Positions 10,092-20,054 are shown, counted from the first letter of the stretch. The stretch is DNA of 64,000 nucleotides from an uncultured delta proteobacterium (GCA_963804955.1 CAWDSQ010000025.1:11291-75290), one strand, 5' to 3'. A program made the numbers and translations. Notes: generated from the sequence alone by a model not told the origin.

Positions 10092-10262
10092 TTACACCTC
10101 CAGAGGAGCTTTCATGGGGCAAACCTTCACGCAGGTCTTGCACTCAAGACACAGCTGCGTTTCAACCAGGGCGCGGTCCTTTACGAACTTGATAGCGGTA
10201 CGAGGGCACAAATCAACACAACCGCCGCAGCCAACACACTTTTCTCTATCGATTCTTATCAT
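10092..10262 (-). CDS. Small 2x[4Fe-4S] ferredoxin (56 aa), first gene of the operon
   Basis: Hand translation gives MIRIDREKCVGCGGCVDLCPRTAIKFVKDRALVETQLCLECKTCVKVCPMKAPLEV. The RBS CAGGAGG lies upstream. It falls below the ORF-track length cut-off. Confidence 0.7.
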   Translation of the reverse strand: MIRIDREKCVGCGGCVDLCPRTAIKFVKDRALVETQLCLECKTCVKVCPMKAPLEV

Positions 10263-10714
10263 GTTTGAGCCTCCTGAATAGACATTAACCCATCAACTCA
10301 CAAAAACTTCCAGGCAATGAAATGAATACTCCCTTTCCCGGATAAAAAGCATTGCAACTCAGCATTAAATATTTGGCCGCTAACCTTTTATGGAATTTTG
10401 ATTTATAACCGCTTTCAGCTCAAATTGTCAAGCTCTTTAGAGGAAAACAGGTCTTTGCAGGAGAAAACAGCTATAAAACAAGTTTTGAATATGAATTCAA
10501 ATTCAAAATACTGCTAAAAAAACCGTTCGTCAAGTGGAAAATTGTATTTCAGGAAATATTTCATTCGAAAACACACAGTGAGTTCATTTAACGGGGAACT
10601 ATTCTCGTCAGGCAGCATCTCTAATAAAGCAATAAAGTCATTCTACGTGAGGAGCCTACTACCCCCTGGTCCGGGAGCAAGAGAATTATTGCCCGTTGCC
10701 GGAAAACCAAAGCC

Positions 10715-12619
10715 TTATCGAACAGTCAAGGTCTTGAGCGCTATAGCAAGAACCCGCGGGTCTGCATTATCGGGGAAATGCGCATCAGGCAGTGAAAACT
10801 CCAGAACATTCTCGCCTGTATGTAAAAGCCTCGGTTTAAATGTACTGCGCACATCGATATCCCACCCCTCAAGTACGTGAGCGCCCAGATCATGATTATT
10901 CAGGCGCATGGCGACAGTCTGCCGCCCCAGAGTGCCAAGCCGCAGTACAAGCTCACCTTCAAAGGCGGCTCTGTTCTGTATTCTGAAAAAAATTTTTGGA
11001 AAGTTGCCCAGCGACCACCTGTGCTGTTCTTCAGCATCAGACCAACTGTAAAAAATAATCTGTGGCGAATCATGGCCTATCTGCTCACCGGGATCAATCA
11101 TATAGATTTCATCCAGCACAGAAGCGCTGTTCATTTTAAAAATCGCCACCCATCTTTTGATCGACCAGAGCTGCGCCCGGGTCATCAAAAAAATCCGTTC
11201 AAGCAAAACGCCCACCCGCGCGTTGCGTATCCGGTTTACGCCGTCTAAAACACTTTCGGCATAGCCTCCCGGCAGCGTTCTTGAAAAATGACCGATTCGC
11301 CAGGGCCGCTGTGCCGGAAGCCGTGCAAGAAACGCATCGGTAAGGGCATCCTTATCAATAATATAAACAGCAGGGCCTGCGTAATACCCCAAAAATCCTA
11401 TATTGCTGCGGGTTACCGGCGCACCGCTCCCGGTCTTTTGCAGCGCCCTCCCGTCTTCAGCCCACTGAAAATGAACCTCGAAATCATCTTTTGCCTGTCC
11501 GAAAAGACTGCAGTCTCTGAAGTAAACGGCTCGCTCGTCTGCAATACCGGTGGCGCGTATAAAATCGGAAGCAGTTCCTTTCTGGGGCACTGCATGAACG
11601 TTCAAAATGGCTACAAGGACAAGCGCAGCTACCGGCCCGCCAACTCCTAAAGCTCTCCGCGCAGCAAGCGGCAGCGCAGCGGCTCTGTCTGCGATAATTT
11701 TTGAAATTATTAAAACAGCCGCAACATAATCAGCCGTTAAAAAACGTGCGGACATAAAATCTCCGCCAATCCAGAGCACATAACAACAGCTCAGGGCTAT
11801 ACCGGCTGCAAGAAATCTGCCCGGACCTCCGGCAAAAAAACCAGCAGCACTACCTGCGGCCATGACCACAAGCAGCACCGGCTCAGAAATCCAGACATCT
11901 GAAAAATACACGAAGCCCTGACGCAGATAATCCCCGGCAGGAATGCCCGCCCCGAGTTTTGCATAATAGGTGTTGGGCAGGGGGGCACCATAATATATGG
12001 TGGAAAATACAAGCCAGGCAATCAGCGGCGTCATGCCAAGTATGAAAAATTTTACAGTGCCGGTTTTTCTTTGCTCCCACAAAAGCCACAGAACCCCGGG
12101 CACAATAAGGAAAAGACTGTCCATGCGATTCAGCAGCATGAGACCTGCAAACAGAAATGATCGACCCGCACGGCCGCGATACGCCTCGGCACAAAATAAA
12201 ATCAGTAAAAGATACGACAGTGAATTCTCAAGACCGGACGTGGAAAAGTCCATAAAAGACCGGCTTAAAAGAAGCAGCAGAACGGCAACCACCATCGCGA
12301 TTTCTTCTTTTACAAACCTGCAGAGCGCAAAAACCGCAAAAAAGGTGCAGAGAATCCCGGGCACAACAAGAGTCAGAATGGATTTCTTGAGGATGGCATG
12401 AGCCGCAATCAGCAAAAAAAGCCATAGAGGATGGGTAAACACCTGTACCCGCTCAGCCACATTCCAGCGCAACCCATACCCATGCAGCACATTATCGGCG
12501 ACTCTCAGGCTGATGTAGGCATCATCACAGACCCAGGCCGTGGGTATCACAACACAGCACACCGTGAAGGCGCACAAAATTGAAATTGAGAGATGCCAGT
12601 CGGCTTTCATTTTATACAA
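10715..12619 (-). CDS. Polytopic membrane protein, putative GT-C-type glycosyl/arabinosyltransferase
   Basis: 634 aa. There are many hydrophobic helices in the N-terminal 350 aa and an early 'DDAYISLRVADNVLHGYGLRWNVAERVQVFTHPLW' loop motif typical of GT-C enzymes. The C-terminal domain is soluble. Confidence 0.5.
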   Translation of the reverse strand: MYKMKADWHLSISILCAFTVCCVVIPTAWVCDDAYISLRVADNVLHGYGLRWNVAERVQVFTHPLWLFLLIAAHAILKKSILTLVVPGILCTFFAVFALCRFVKEEIAMVVAVLLLLLSRSFMDFSTSGLENSLSYLLLILFCAEAYRGRAGRSFLFAGLMLLNRMDSLFLIVPGVLWLLWEQRKTGTVKFFILGMTPLIAWLVFSTIYYGAPLPNTYYAKLGAGIPAGDYLRQGFVYFSDVWISEPVLLVVMAAGSAAGFFAGGPGRFLAAGIALSCCYVLWIGGDFMSARFLTADYVAAVLIISKIIADRAAALPLAARRALGVGGPVAALVLVAILNVHAVPQKGTASDFIRATGIADERAVYFRDCSLFGQAKDDFEVHFQWAEDGRALQKTGSGAPVTRSNIGFLGYYAGPAVYIIDKDALTDAFLARLPAQRPWRIGHFSRTLPGGYAESVLDGVNRIRNARVGVLLERIFLMTRAQLWSIKRWVAIFKMNSASVLDEIYMIDPGEQIGHDSPQIIFYSWSDAEEQHRWSLGNFPKIFFRIQNRAAFEGELVLRLGTLGRQTVAMRLNNHDLGAHVLEGWDIDVRSTFKPRLLHTGENVLEFSLPDAHFPDNADPRVLAIALKTLTVR

Positions 12620-12672
12620 TCCGGCAGGGTATCCCAGACAGATCTACCATACGAGGCACAAGCCATTTTGCC

Positions 12673-13122
12673 TCATTTCACTTCAAGGGTTTCAATCTGC
12701 CGCACGCCGCGAGCAATGATATAGCGCTCAACATCAATGCGCACCAGCACGCAGTCAGGCATATCCAGATGGGCACGCAGGTTTTTGTGGCGTTCGAAAT
12801 GGCGTCTTTTGCAGTCTTCAAACTCTTCGGGCAGCACCGTCACCGCCCTGCCTATGCAGGTAACTGCGATGCCATTCGTGAAATCAGGATTTTGCGACGA
12901 ACGGTTGTCAACCATGAGAGAAACTTCAGGGTGCTTCAGCATATTGCGGTATTTGCTTGTAAAGCGGGGTGTTGCGATGAGCAGATGCCGCATATCATCC
13001 GCTGCCGTAACAGCCACGATATTGCAGTACGGGTGGTGGTCGGACTGCGTGGCCAGAATGCCCACAGGCTGTGCTGCAAAAAGGCTGCGCACAATAGTGT
13101 TCAGGTTTTCATCGATGCTCAT
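12673..13122 (-). CDS. Pyridoxamine 5'-phosphate oxidase-like FMN-binding protein
   Basis: 149 aa with a split-barrel-type sequence: 'AAQPVGILATQSDHHPYCNIVAVT...LLIATPRFTSKYRNMLKHPEVSLMVDN'. Confidence 0.65.
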   Translation of the reverse strand: MSIDENLNTIVRSLFAAQPVGILATQSDHHPYCNIVAVTAADDMRHLLIATPRFTSKYRNMLKHPEVSLMVDNRSSQNPDFTNGIAVTCIGRAVTVLPEEFEDCKRRHFERHKNLRAHLDMPDCVLVRIDVERYIIARGVRQIETLEVK

Positions 13123-13146
13123 ACCGGGATCCTCTGCTGTTCAGGT

Positions 13147-14109
13147 TTACACGTGATTCCTCAATTTCAGTTCAATCGGGTGGGGGTTAAGATAATATTG
13201 CCCGCTCAGATATGTCTGGCCGTACTTGCGCACATAATGATTGATGAGCGTCACCGGCACTACAAGCGGCACCAGCTCGCGGCGGTAGCTGTCGATGATC
13301 TCAAGCAGCTCCTGCTTTTCATCGGCGGAAAGATCATTTTTAAAATAGCCCATCATATGCTGCAGCACATTTGTGTGCTTCTTTACCGTGGCCTTAAGCG
13401 CAAGGGCCTCCATGAGAAGCTCGTGATACTGCTCGCAGGTTTGTGCTATGCCGGCTGCCTGCGCATGGGCAACAAGAGGCCCCATGAGCCGGTAGTGCCG
13501 GTTGCTGTGGGCCATGATGAGCAGCTTATGCCGCGTATGAAATTCGACAAGGCCGCCCACGGTTTTTTTCTCCTGCATCGCCCGGCGCAGGCGCCGCAGC
13601 ACGAATATCCGCTCGATGAAATTTTCCCGCAGCACCGGGTCATGCAGCCGGCCCTCCTCCTCAACCGGCAGCAGCGGAAAATGCTCCATGAAAGCACGGG
13701 CAAACATGCCGACGCCGCTGTGCGTCGGCATGCCACCCGCGGCGCTGTACACCTTCACGCGCTCCATGCCGCTGCTGGGGGACCGGCTCTTAAAGATATA
13801 CCCGCAAAGGTCTTCAGCCTCAAGCTCGTGCACGCGCCTGCGCGCCCAGTCTGTCATCCGGCCGGTATAATCTTTTTTTGTTTTAACCGTTAAAAGACGC
13901 GGCGCGGCCGGGTCACCCACCAGCCGCAGCGCTTCGCGGGGTATGCTCATGCCGCATTCCACTTCGGGGCATACGGGCACGTATTCGACATAGGCGCCCA
14001 GCGTGCGGACAAGAAACTCATCCAGCTTATGTCCGCCGTCGTAGCGCACCATGTTGCCAAGCAGGCAGGAGCTGATGCCGAGCCGTATTTTGCCGCCGAA
14101 ATCGTTCAT
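13147..14109 (-). CDS. YbgA-like protein (DUF523 + DUF1722)
   Basis: 'IRLGISSCLLGNMVRYDGGHK...VPVCPEVECGMSIPRE' is DUF523. The C-terminal 'LVEFHTRHKLLIMAHS..YR.MG' is DUF1722. Start MNDFGG at 14109 has GAGGTGA upstream. Confidence 0.75.
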   Translation of the reverse strand: MNDFGGKIRLGISSCLLGNMVRYDGGHKLDEFLVRTLGAYVEYVPVCPEVECGMSIPREALRLVGDPAAPRLLTVKTKKDYTGRMTDWARRRVHELEAEDLCGYIFKSRSPSSGMERVKVYSAAGGMPTHSGVGMFARAFMEHFPLLPVEEEGRLHDPVLRENFIERIFVLRRLRRAMQEKKTVGGLVEFHTRHKLLIMAHSNRHYRLMGPLVAHAQAAGIAQTCEQYHELLMEALALKATVKKHTNVLQHMMGYFKNDLSADEKQELLEIIDSYRRELVPLVVPVTLINHYVRKYGQTYLSGQYYLNPHPIELKLRNHV

Positions 14110-14269
14110 AATGCTCACCTCTTCTGTAAGTATCCGGGCTGACCGCATCCCGTTTCCAAGTCTCCGGGACGGAAACTTTTATGGAGCTTTATTTATTATT
14201 ATTGAAATTTTTTAATTAATAGCAATACTTATTATATATATGATTATCTAACCTTAAAGGAGGTCTGCC

Positions 14270-14806
14270 ATGAACAATGCAGTAAAATGTGCCTGTATTA
14301 CCGCAGCATGCATCCTGATCTCAATTGTTTGCTGGAGCCCGGCTCATGCCGCCCCGCTCAAGGAAGGCGACAAAGCCCCCGACTTCACCCTGAAGCAGCA
14401 GGACGGCAAAGACGTGACCCTGTCAAAAGCATGGGAGAAAAAAATTGTGGTGCTCTATTTCTATCCCATGGATGATACGCCGGGCTGCACAAAAGAGGCC
14501 TGCGCTTTTCGGGATCTCAATCAGGATTTTACAAATGCCGGCGCTGAAATCCTTGGCATCAGCGTCGATGACATGGCCTCCCACAAAAAATTTCAGGAAA
14601 AGCACAAACTCCCCTTTACCCTGCTTGCCGACACCGAGAAAAAAGTCACCGGGCTCTATGATGTCAAAAATTTCATCGGCAAGGCAAAGCGCGTCACCTT
14701 CGTGATAGATTCAAACGGCATTATAAAAAAAATCTATCCCGATGTGGATGTGAGCACCCACGGTCAGGAAGTGCTGACGTATGTGAAAAGCCTCCAAAAG
14801 AAATAG
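14270..14806 (+). CDS. bcp: Secreted thiol peroxidase/peroxiredoxin (Bcp type)
   Basis: Signal peptide, then 'KIVVLYFYPMDDTPGCTKEACAFRD', the peroxidatic Cys motif. Confidence 0.85.
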   Translation: MNNAVKCACITAACILISIVCWSPAHAAPLKEGDKAPDFTLKQQDGKDVTLSKAWEKKIVVLYFYPMDDTPGCTKEACAFRDLNQDFTNAGAEILGISVDDMASHKKFQEKHKLPFTLLADTEKKVTGLYDVKNFIGKAKRVTFVIDSNGIIKKIYPDVDVSTHGQEVLTYVKSLQKK

Positions 14807-14827
14807 CCGGCGCTGGAGGATCCGGAC

Positions 14828-15463
14828 ATGAAAGCTGCCCGGGCTTTTTTGTCTGCATATGCGCTGCTGGCGGTGCTGCTGCACGGAACTGCCGCAGCGC
14901 ATGTGCCCTATATCGAAAACAGGGACTACACCTTTGAGCAGCCATTCCGCGTCAATGGGTCTGTTGAGAACTCCATCGCCGTCTACGGCTGGCTTGAGAG
15001 CGGCAATGATACCGACGTGTACCGCTTGGAAATACCGCGGCCGGCGCGCCTTTACTGCAACGCTCTCGTGCCCGTATGCCCGGCCTACAAGCAGTTCCTG
15101 CCCTGGCTGGCTATTGCCGGTCCCGGGCTTGCAGCGCCCGATGAGCCCCTGCCCTTTGCCCTGCCGCAGGGCTATGGAGCCGTGGTAGTAAAAAACATTG
15201 AGCCGGGAGAGCAGCGGCAGCATTTTTATGAGCCCTTCGGCGGCAAGTCGTATTACACTGCCCCGACATTCGACCAGACCGTTTCACAAACCGGAACATG
15301 GCACATGTATGTATGGGATCCCTCTGGCCGGGGCGGAGACTATGTTGCTGTTATCGGGTTCAAAGAGCGTTTTTCCCTGCTCGATATTCTTCGCGCTCTC
15401 ATCAACACCCCAAAAATCCGCCTTGACCGGGAGCTGCACACCGATTGCAGAAACGCAAACTAA
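14828..15463 (+). CDS. Secreted hypothetical protein
   Basis: Signal peptide MKAARAFLSAYALLAVLLHGTAAA. No family recognised. It is co-oriented with and 22 nt after bcp. Confidence 0.5.
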   Translation: MKAARAFLSAYALLAVLLHGTAAAHVPYIENRDYTFEQPFRVNGSVENSIAVYGWLESGNDTDVYRLEIPRPARLYCNALVPVCPAYKQFLPWLAIAGPGLAAPDEPLPFALPQGYGAVVVKNIEPGEQRQHFYEPFGGKSYYTAPTFDQTVSQTGTWHMYVWDPSGRGGDYVAVIGFKERFSLLDILRALINTPKIRLDRELHTDCRNAN

Positions 15464-15646
15464 CACCTCTGCACAAGCCCGCAGAGCCATGCGCTCCCGT
15501 CCGAACAATCCTCGCATATTTTCTCCGGATTAAGCGCTTGCGATTTTTCATGAGCGGCTATACAATGCTGCGAATTTTTATGTCTCTCTACCTGGGGCAC
15601 GCGCACCAGCCATAAGCTTCCATCGAACACATGTGAAGGGAATGTC

Positions 15647-17170
15647 ATGAATAAAAAAACCGGTTTTGACAATGACCTGTATCTCGAAGAGCAGGCCGGC
15701 GGGATTCTCAAGCGTGTCGACATGTTCGACAATAAGCTGTATCTTGAATTCGGCGGCAAGCTTCTGTTTGACTACCATGCGGCGCGCGTTCTGCCCGGCT
15801 TTGACCCGAATGTCAAAATGAAGCTTCTCCAGAGGCTCAAGGACAGGGCCGATATCGTTCTGTGCATCTATGCCGGAGATATCGAGCGGAAAAAAGTGCG
15901 GGCCGATTTCGGCATCACCTACGACTCCGACGCGCTCAAGCTCATCGACGACCTGAAGGAATGGGGCATCAACATAACGGCCGTTGTCATCACGCGGTTC
16001 GACGATCAGCCTTCGGCGACAATATTCAGAAACAAGCTCGAGCGGCGGGGCGTGCGGGTGTATGTGCACCGCTTCACCAAGGGCTATCCCACGGACATCG
16101 ACCTCATCGTCAGCGACCAGGGCTATGGGGCAAACAGCTACATTGAAACCAGCAAACAGCTGGTGGTTATCACCGGCCCGGGGCCGGGCAGCGGCAAGCT
16201 CGCCACCTGCCTCTCACAGCTCTATCACGAGCATAAGCGCGGCCTTGAGGCGGGATACGCAAAATTCGAGACCTTCCCGGTCTGGAACATGCCGCTGAAG
16301 CATCCCGTCAATATTGCCTATGAGGCGGCCACGGCCGACATCATGGACTTTAATCAGATCGACCCGTTTCACCTTGAAGCCCACGGCAAAACCGCGGTCA
16401 ACTACAACCGCGACGTCGAGGTTTTCCCCGTGGTGAAACGGATTCTCGAGCGCATTACCGGCACCGATTCGATATATAAATCCCCGACCGATATGGGCGT
16501 AAACCGTATCGGCTTTGCCATAACCGATGACAGCGTGGTGCAGGAAGCCTCCCGTCAGGAGCTGATCCGCAGGTTCTTCCGGTACAACTGCGAATATGCC
16601 ATGGGATTCACGAACAAGGAAACAGCCCAGCGGGTTGAGCTGCTCATGAATGAGCTCAATGTGAAGCAGGAGGAGCGCACGGTGGTTGCCGCTGCGCGCC
16701 AGGCAGCCCAGGAGGCGATGCAGAAGCAGAAGGGCAATGCGGGCATCTACTGCGGTGCGGCCATAGACCTTGCCGACGGCGGGCCGCCGGTCACGGGATG
16801 CAACTCGCCCCTCATGCATGCGGCATCGAGCCTGATCATCAATGCAATAAAACAACTGGCAGGCATTCCCGACGCCATACATCTGCTGCCGCAGAACATC
16901 ATGGAATCAATCGGCAATTTCAAGATCAATATTTTGAAGGCGAAAACCGCAAGCCTTGATCTGGAAGAGACCCTCATCGCGCTGAGCATCAGCGCCATGA
17001 CAAACCCGGCGGCCCAGATGGCCATAGACAAGCTGCCCGAGCTGCGGGACTGCGAACTGCATACGACCCATATTCCCACCCCCGGCGATGAGGCGGGCCT
17101 TCGCCGCCTGGGCATCAATGTGACCAGCGACCCTGACTTTTCGACAAAAAATCTTTTTTTCGTCAAATAG
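15647..17170 (+). CDS. UPF0371/DUF1846 family protein
   Basis: 507 aa. The N-terminus 'FDNDLYLEEQ..ILKRV..FDNKLYLEFGGKLLFDYHAARVLPGFDPN' is characteristic of DUF1846. Confidence 0.8.
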   Translation: MNKKTGFDNDLYLEEQAGGILKRVDMFDNKLYLEFGGKLLFDYHAARVLPGFDPNVKMKLLQRLKDRADIVLCIYAGDIERKKVRADFGITYDSDALKLIDDLKEWGINITAVVITRFDDQPSATIFRNKLERRGVRVYVHRFTKGYPTDIDLIVSDQGYGANSYIETSKQLVVITGPGPGSGKLATCLSQLYHEHKRGLEAGYAKFETFPVWNMPLKHPVNIAYEAATADIMDFNQIDPFHLEAHGKTAVNYNRDVEVFPVVKRILERITGTDSIYKSPTDMGVNRIGFAITDDSVVQEASRQELIRRFFRYNCEYAMGFTNKETAQRVELLMNELNVKQEERTVVAAARQAAQEAMQKQKGNAGIYCGAAIDLADGGPPVTGCNSPLMHAASSLIINAIKQLAGIPDAIHLLPQNIMESIGNFKINILKAKTASLDLEETLIALSISAMTNPAAQMAIDKLPELRDCELHTTHIPTPGDEAGLRRLGINVTSDPDFSTKNLFFVK

Positions 17171-17536
17171 CCGGATAGAAAGCAGTTCAAGGGCGCGAAT
17201 CTCGAATCTTTTCAGGTCGCTTTCGGCAAACGTCGCCGTCGTTGGATCGGACTTCAGGTGTTCAATCCACTGCCGCACGATGGCTTCGGAGCTGTATTGA
17301 ATGCACTACCAACCTGTCAAAAATATACGCTGCATACAATCATCCCCTTTCTCCTCTGGTAATGTCCTGCATTAAAGAGAACTTCAACTTACAAACGTAG
17401 CACAAAAGGGTTCTTTTTCAATTGGGTGAAACCGCCTGCCGTGCGACCTTCCTGCCTCTTCGGCGGGGGCGTCGGTGGCGATGAGAGGGGTGCGTTTCAC
17501 ACCCCCAGAGCTATGCCTGGAGGCCGGCCGGAAATC

Positions 17537-19696
17537 TTAAGAGCAAGCCGCTGCGCGGGGCTTTGAACGCAGGGAAAGGGCGATACGCTTGCGCTGCATA
17601 TCCACCTCAAGCACGGTAACGGTCACCTTCTGATGCAGTTTCACCGCATCGGCGGGGTTTTTCACAAACCTGTCGGCCATCTCGCTGATATGCACCAAAC
17701 CGTCCTGGTGCACGCCGATGTCCACAAAAGCGCCGAAGTTGGTGATATTGGTAACGATGCCGGGCAGGCGCATGCCGGGCTGCACATCCTCCATGCGGGC
17801 AATGCCATCGGCGAAGCTGAAGGCCTCAAACTGCTCGCGCGGGTCGCGGCCGGGCCTGGCAAGCTCGGCCATAATGTCCTGAAGGGTCGGCATGCCGACG
17901 GTATCGGTTGCGTATTTTTTCAGATCGATTTTTTTGCGAAGCTTTTCATCCTGCATAAGCTCTGCAACCGAGCAGCCAAGGTCCCGCGCCATGGCCTCAA
18001 CGACCGGATAGCTCTCGGGGTGCACGGCGCTTGCATCCAGCGGTTGCGCCCCTCCCCTGACGCGCAGGAAACCGGCAGCCTGCTCAAAAGCCTTGGGCCC
18101 AAGACCCGAAACCTTCAGCACATCCCTGCGCGCGGCAAACGGGCCATGCTCATTGCGAAACTCCACGATTTTCTGCGCAAGCTTCGGCCCTACGCCCGAC
18201 ACATAGGTCAAAAGCTGGCGGCTTGCCGTATTGATCTCGACGCCGACCTGGTTCACGCAGCTCATGACGCAGTCGTCGAGCCTGTCCTTCAGGCGCCGCT
18301 GATCCACATCGTGCTGATACTGGCCCACCCCGATTGCTTTGGGGTCGATCTTCACCAGCTCCGCAAGCGGATCCATGAGCCTGCGGCCGATTGATACGGC
18401 GCCGCGGACGGTAAGGTCATAATCGGAAAACTCCTCCCTGGCCGCCTCTGATGCCGAATAGACCGAAGCCCCGCTCTCGCTCACCATGACAACCGAAGGA
18501 GAGCCTGCCAGGTTCAGCCCGCGGACGAAGCTTTCCGTCTCGCGGCCAGCCGTGCCATTGCCCACGGCAATGCAGGCGACGGAAAAACGCTCGCACATAT
18601 CGCGCAGCTTGAGGCCGGCCTCCTGCTTTTTGTTCTGCGGCTCATGGGGATAGATGGTGTCATTGTGCAGCAGCTTGCCCTGATTATCAAGGCAGACCAC
18701 CTTGCAGCCCGTGCGGAAGCCCGGGTCGATGGCCAGCACCCGCTTCTGCCCGAGGGGAGCGCCCATAAGAAGCTGGCGGAGATTTTCGGCAAATACATTG
18801 ATGGCCTCCTGATCGGCCTGCTCTTTGACGTTCAGCCGTATTTCCGTCTCCATGGATGAAGAAAGCAGTCGCTTATAGCAGTCCTGCACCGCCATGCGTA
18901 CCTGAGCGCCTGCGGCATTTCCCGCCTTCACAAACAGACTTTCAAGCTCTGCCATGGCTTCGGCCTCATCGGGCAGAATGCGAAATGACAAAAACTCTTC
19001 TTTTTCGCCGCGGCGAATGGCAAGCACGCGGTGCGAGGGAGAGCTTTTCACCGGCTCCTGCCAGGCAAAATAATCACGGAACTTGGCGCCCTCCTCCTCC
19101 TTGCCCGCAAGCACGCTTGAGCTGATGAGCGCCTTATCGGCAAAAAGAGAGCGCATCCGGGCGCGCGCCGCAGGGTCTTCGCTCACCTGTTCGGCTATAA
19201 TATCGCGGGCGCCCTGCAAAGCCTGCTCGATAGTCTCAACGCCTTTTTCAGCATCGACAAACTTCTGCGCTTCTGCTTCGATATCGATATCAGCCTGCTC
19301 AAAAAGAAGCTCGGCAAGAGGCCCGAGCCCTTTCTCTTTTGCAATCATGGCGCGCGTGCGGCGCTTGGGCCTGAAGGGCAGATAGATATCCTCGAGCACG
19401 GCCATCGTCTCAGCCGCCGTAATTTTGCCTTTCAGCTCATCGGTGAGCAGGCCGCGCTCATCAAGTGATTTCAGAATCGCCTCGCGCCGGTCGTCAAGCG
19501 TGCGCAGCTGCGCCAGCCTGTCGCGAATGGCGGTAACGGCAACCTCGTCAAGGCTGCCGGTTGCCTCCTTGCGGTAGCGGGAAATAAAGGGAATGGTGGC
19601 ATCCTCGTCAAGAAGCCGTGCTGTGGCAAGAACCTGCGCTTCGGCAAGTGAAAGCTCTTTGGCTATTTTTTTTATATGCTGCTGATCAATGGCCAT
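17537..19696 (-). CDS. tex: Tex transcription accessory protein (YqgF/HHH/S1 domains)
   Basis: Starts 'MAIDQQHIKKIAKELSLAEAQV' and has the C-terminal S1 domain 'GIVTNITNFGAFVDIGVHQDGLVHISE'. The track ORF's extra 93 N-terminal codons run through an intergenic repeat and were trimmed. Confidence 0.9.
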   Translation of the reverse strand: MAIDQQHIKKIAKELSLAEAQVLATARLLDEDATIPFISRYRKEATGSLDEVAVTAIRDRLAQLRTLDDRREAILKSLDERGLLTDELKGKITAAETMAVLEDIYLPFRPKRRTRAMIAKEKGLGPLAELLFEQADIDIEAEAQKFVDAEKGVETIEQALQGARDIIAEQVSEDPAARARMRSLFADKALISSSVLAGKEEEGAKFRDYFAWQEPVKSSPSHRVLAIRRGEKEEFLSFRILPDEAEAMAELESLFVKAGNAAGAQVRMAVQDCYKRLLSSSMETEIRLNVKEQADQEAINVFAENLRQLLMGAPLGQKRVLAIDPGFRTGCKVVCLDNQGKLLHNDTIYPHEPQNKKQEAGLKLRDMCERFSVACIAVGNGTAGRETESFVRGLNLAGSPSVVMVSESGASVYSASEAAREEFSDYDLTVRGAVSIGRRLMDPLAELVKIDPKAIGVGQYQHDVDQRRLKDRLDDCVMSCVNQVGVEINTASRQLLTYVSGVGPKLAQKIVEFRNEHGPFAARRDVLKVSGLGPKAFEQAAGFLRVRGGAQPLDASAVHPESYPVVEAMARDLGCSVAELMQDEKLRKKIDLKKYATDTVGMPTLQDIMAELARPGRDPREQFEAFSFADGIARMEDVQPGMRLPGIVTNITNFGAFVDIGVHQDGLVHISEMADRFVKNPADAVKLHQKVTVTVLEVDMQRKRIALSLRSKPRAAACS

Positions 19697-19800
19697 TCGG
19701 TAATCTCCGGTCAATAGAGTAAAAGTCCAGGTGAATCCTGAATATAAAGCCCCACAAAAAATGGGGCTAATAAATTCCTCCTTCAGCCAAGGGCGTTGAG

Positions 19801-19858
19801 GGAAATTTGTCAGGCTGCAAAAATCTTCCTGTATCCCCTTTTTCAAAGGAGGATGAAA
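19801..19858. repeat. Intergenic palindromic repeat family R3 ('ggatttgtcaggctgcaaaaa..cctgtatcccctttttcaaagg')
   Basis: About 85% identical by eye to 55254-55318. Confidence 0.75.
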
Positions 19859-19920
19859 CAGGCATATTTTTTGTATAAACATAAATAGTGCCGCATTGTT
19901 TATAGGGCGCGGTACTGAGT

Positions 19921-19957
19921 AAAAAACAAAAACCCCGCTTCTTATGCGGGGTTTTTG
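19921..19957 (-). terminator. Rho-independent terminator after the hsp20 pair
   Basis: The minus strand reads aaaaaccccgc-ataagaa-gcggggttttt followed by GTTTTTT. Confidence 0.7.
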
Positions 19958-20054
19958 TGTGCCCGTACTGGCCAAACACCATAGCTGAACAGGCCTTAAC
20001 CGGCAAGTAAAATATAGGTTCTGCTTAATCGATCATATGCGGCCAGCCGAATGC

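Noticed and set aside
10263-10714. The 450-nt AT-rich region upstream of the Fe-S operon, with the palindrome 'tgaatatgaattcaaattca', as a specific regulator site or sigma54 promoter.
   Set aside because: No element with correct promoter spacing could be defined by eye, so it is left unannotated. It would need start-site mapping or motif comparison across orthologous upstream regions.
12580-13893. A 437-aa ORF on the plus strand. Similar long ORFs occur at 5564..6478, 8525..9115, 17633..18394, 34833..35558, 37501..38355, 47225..48013, 47760..48686 and 57416..58348.
   Set aside because: All lie antisense to genes with clear family motifs. They have Arg/Ala/His/Pro-rich, low-complexity composition typical of shadow ORFs in GC-rich DNA, and none shows a recognisable motif or RBS.
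16907-17278. A 123-aa minus-strand ORF spanning the DUF1846 3' end and the following spacer, with a plausible-looking 'VRQWIEHLKSDPTTATFAESDLKRFEIRALELL' segment.
   Set aside because: Most of it overlaps DUF1846 antisense. The upstream part has stops in frame ('MQRIFLTGW*'). It may be a gene remnant, but I cannot assign a family or an intact frame.
19697-19975. The N-terminal 93-codon extension of the Tex ORF, the 32-codon extension of HtpG (21056-21151), and similar leaders on selected ORFs.
   Set aside because: The extensions run through intergenic repeat elements and lack homology to the families. Conserved N-termini begin at internal ATGs with better RBS context.
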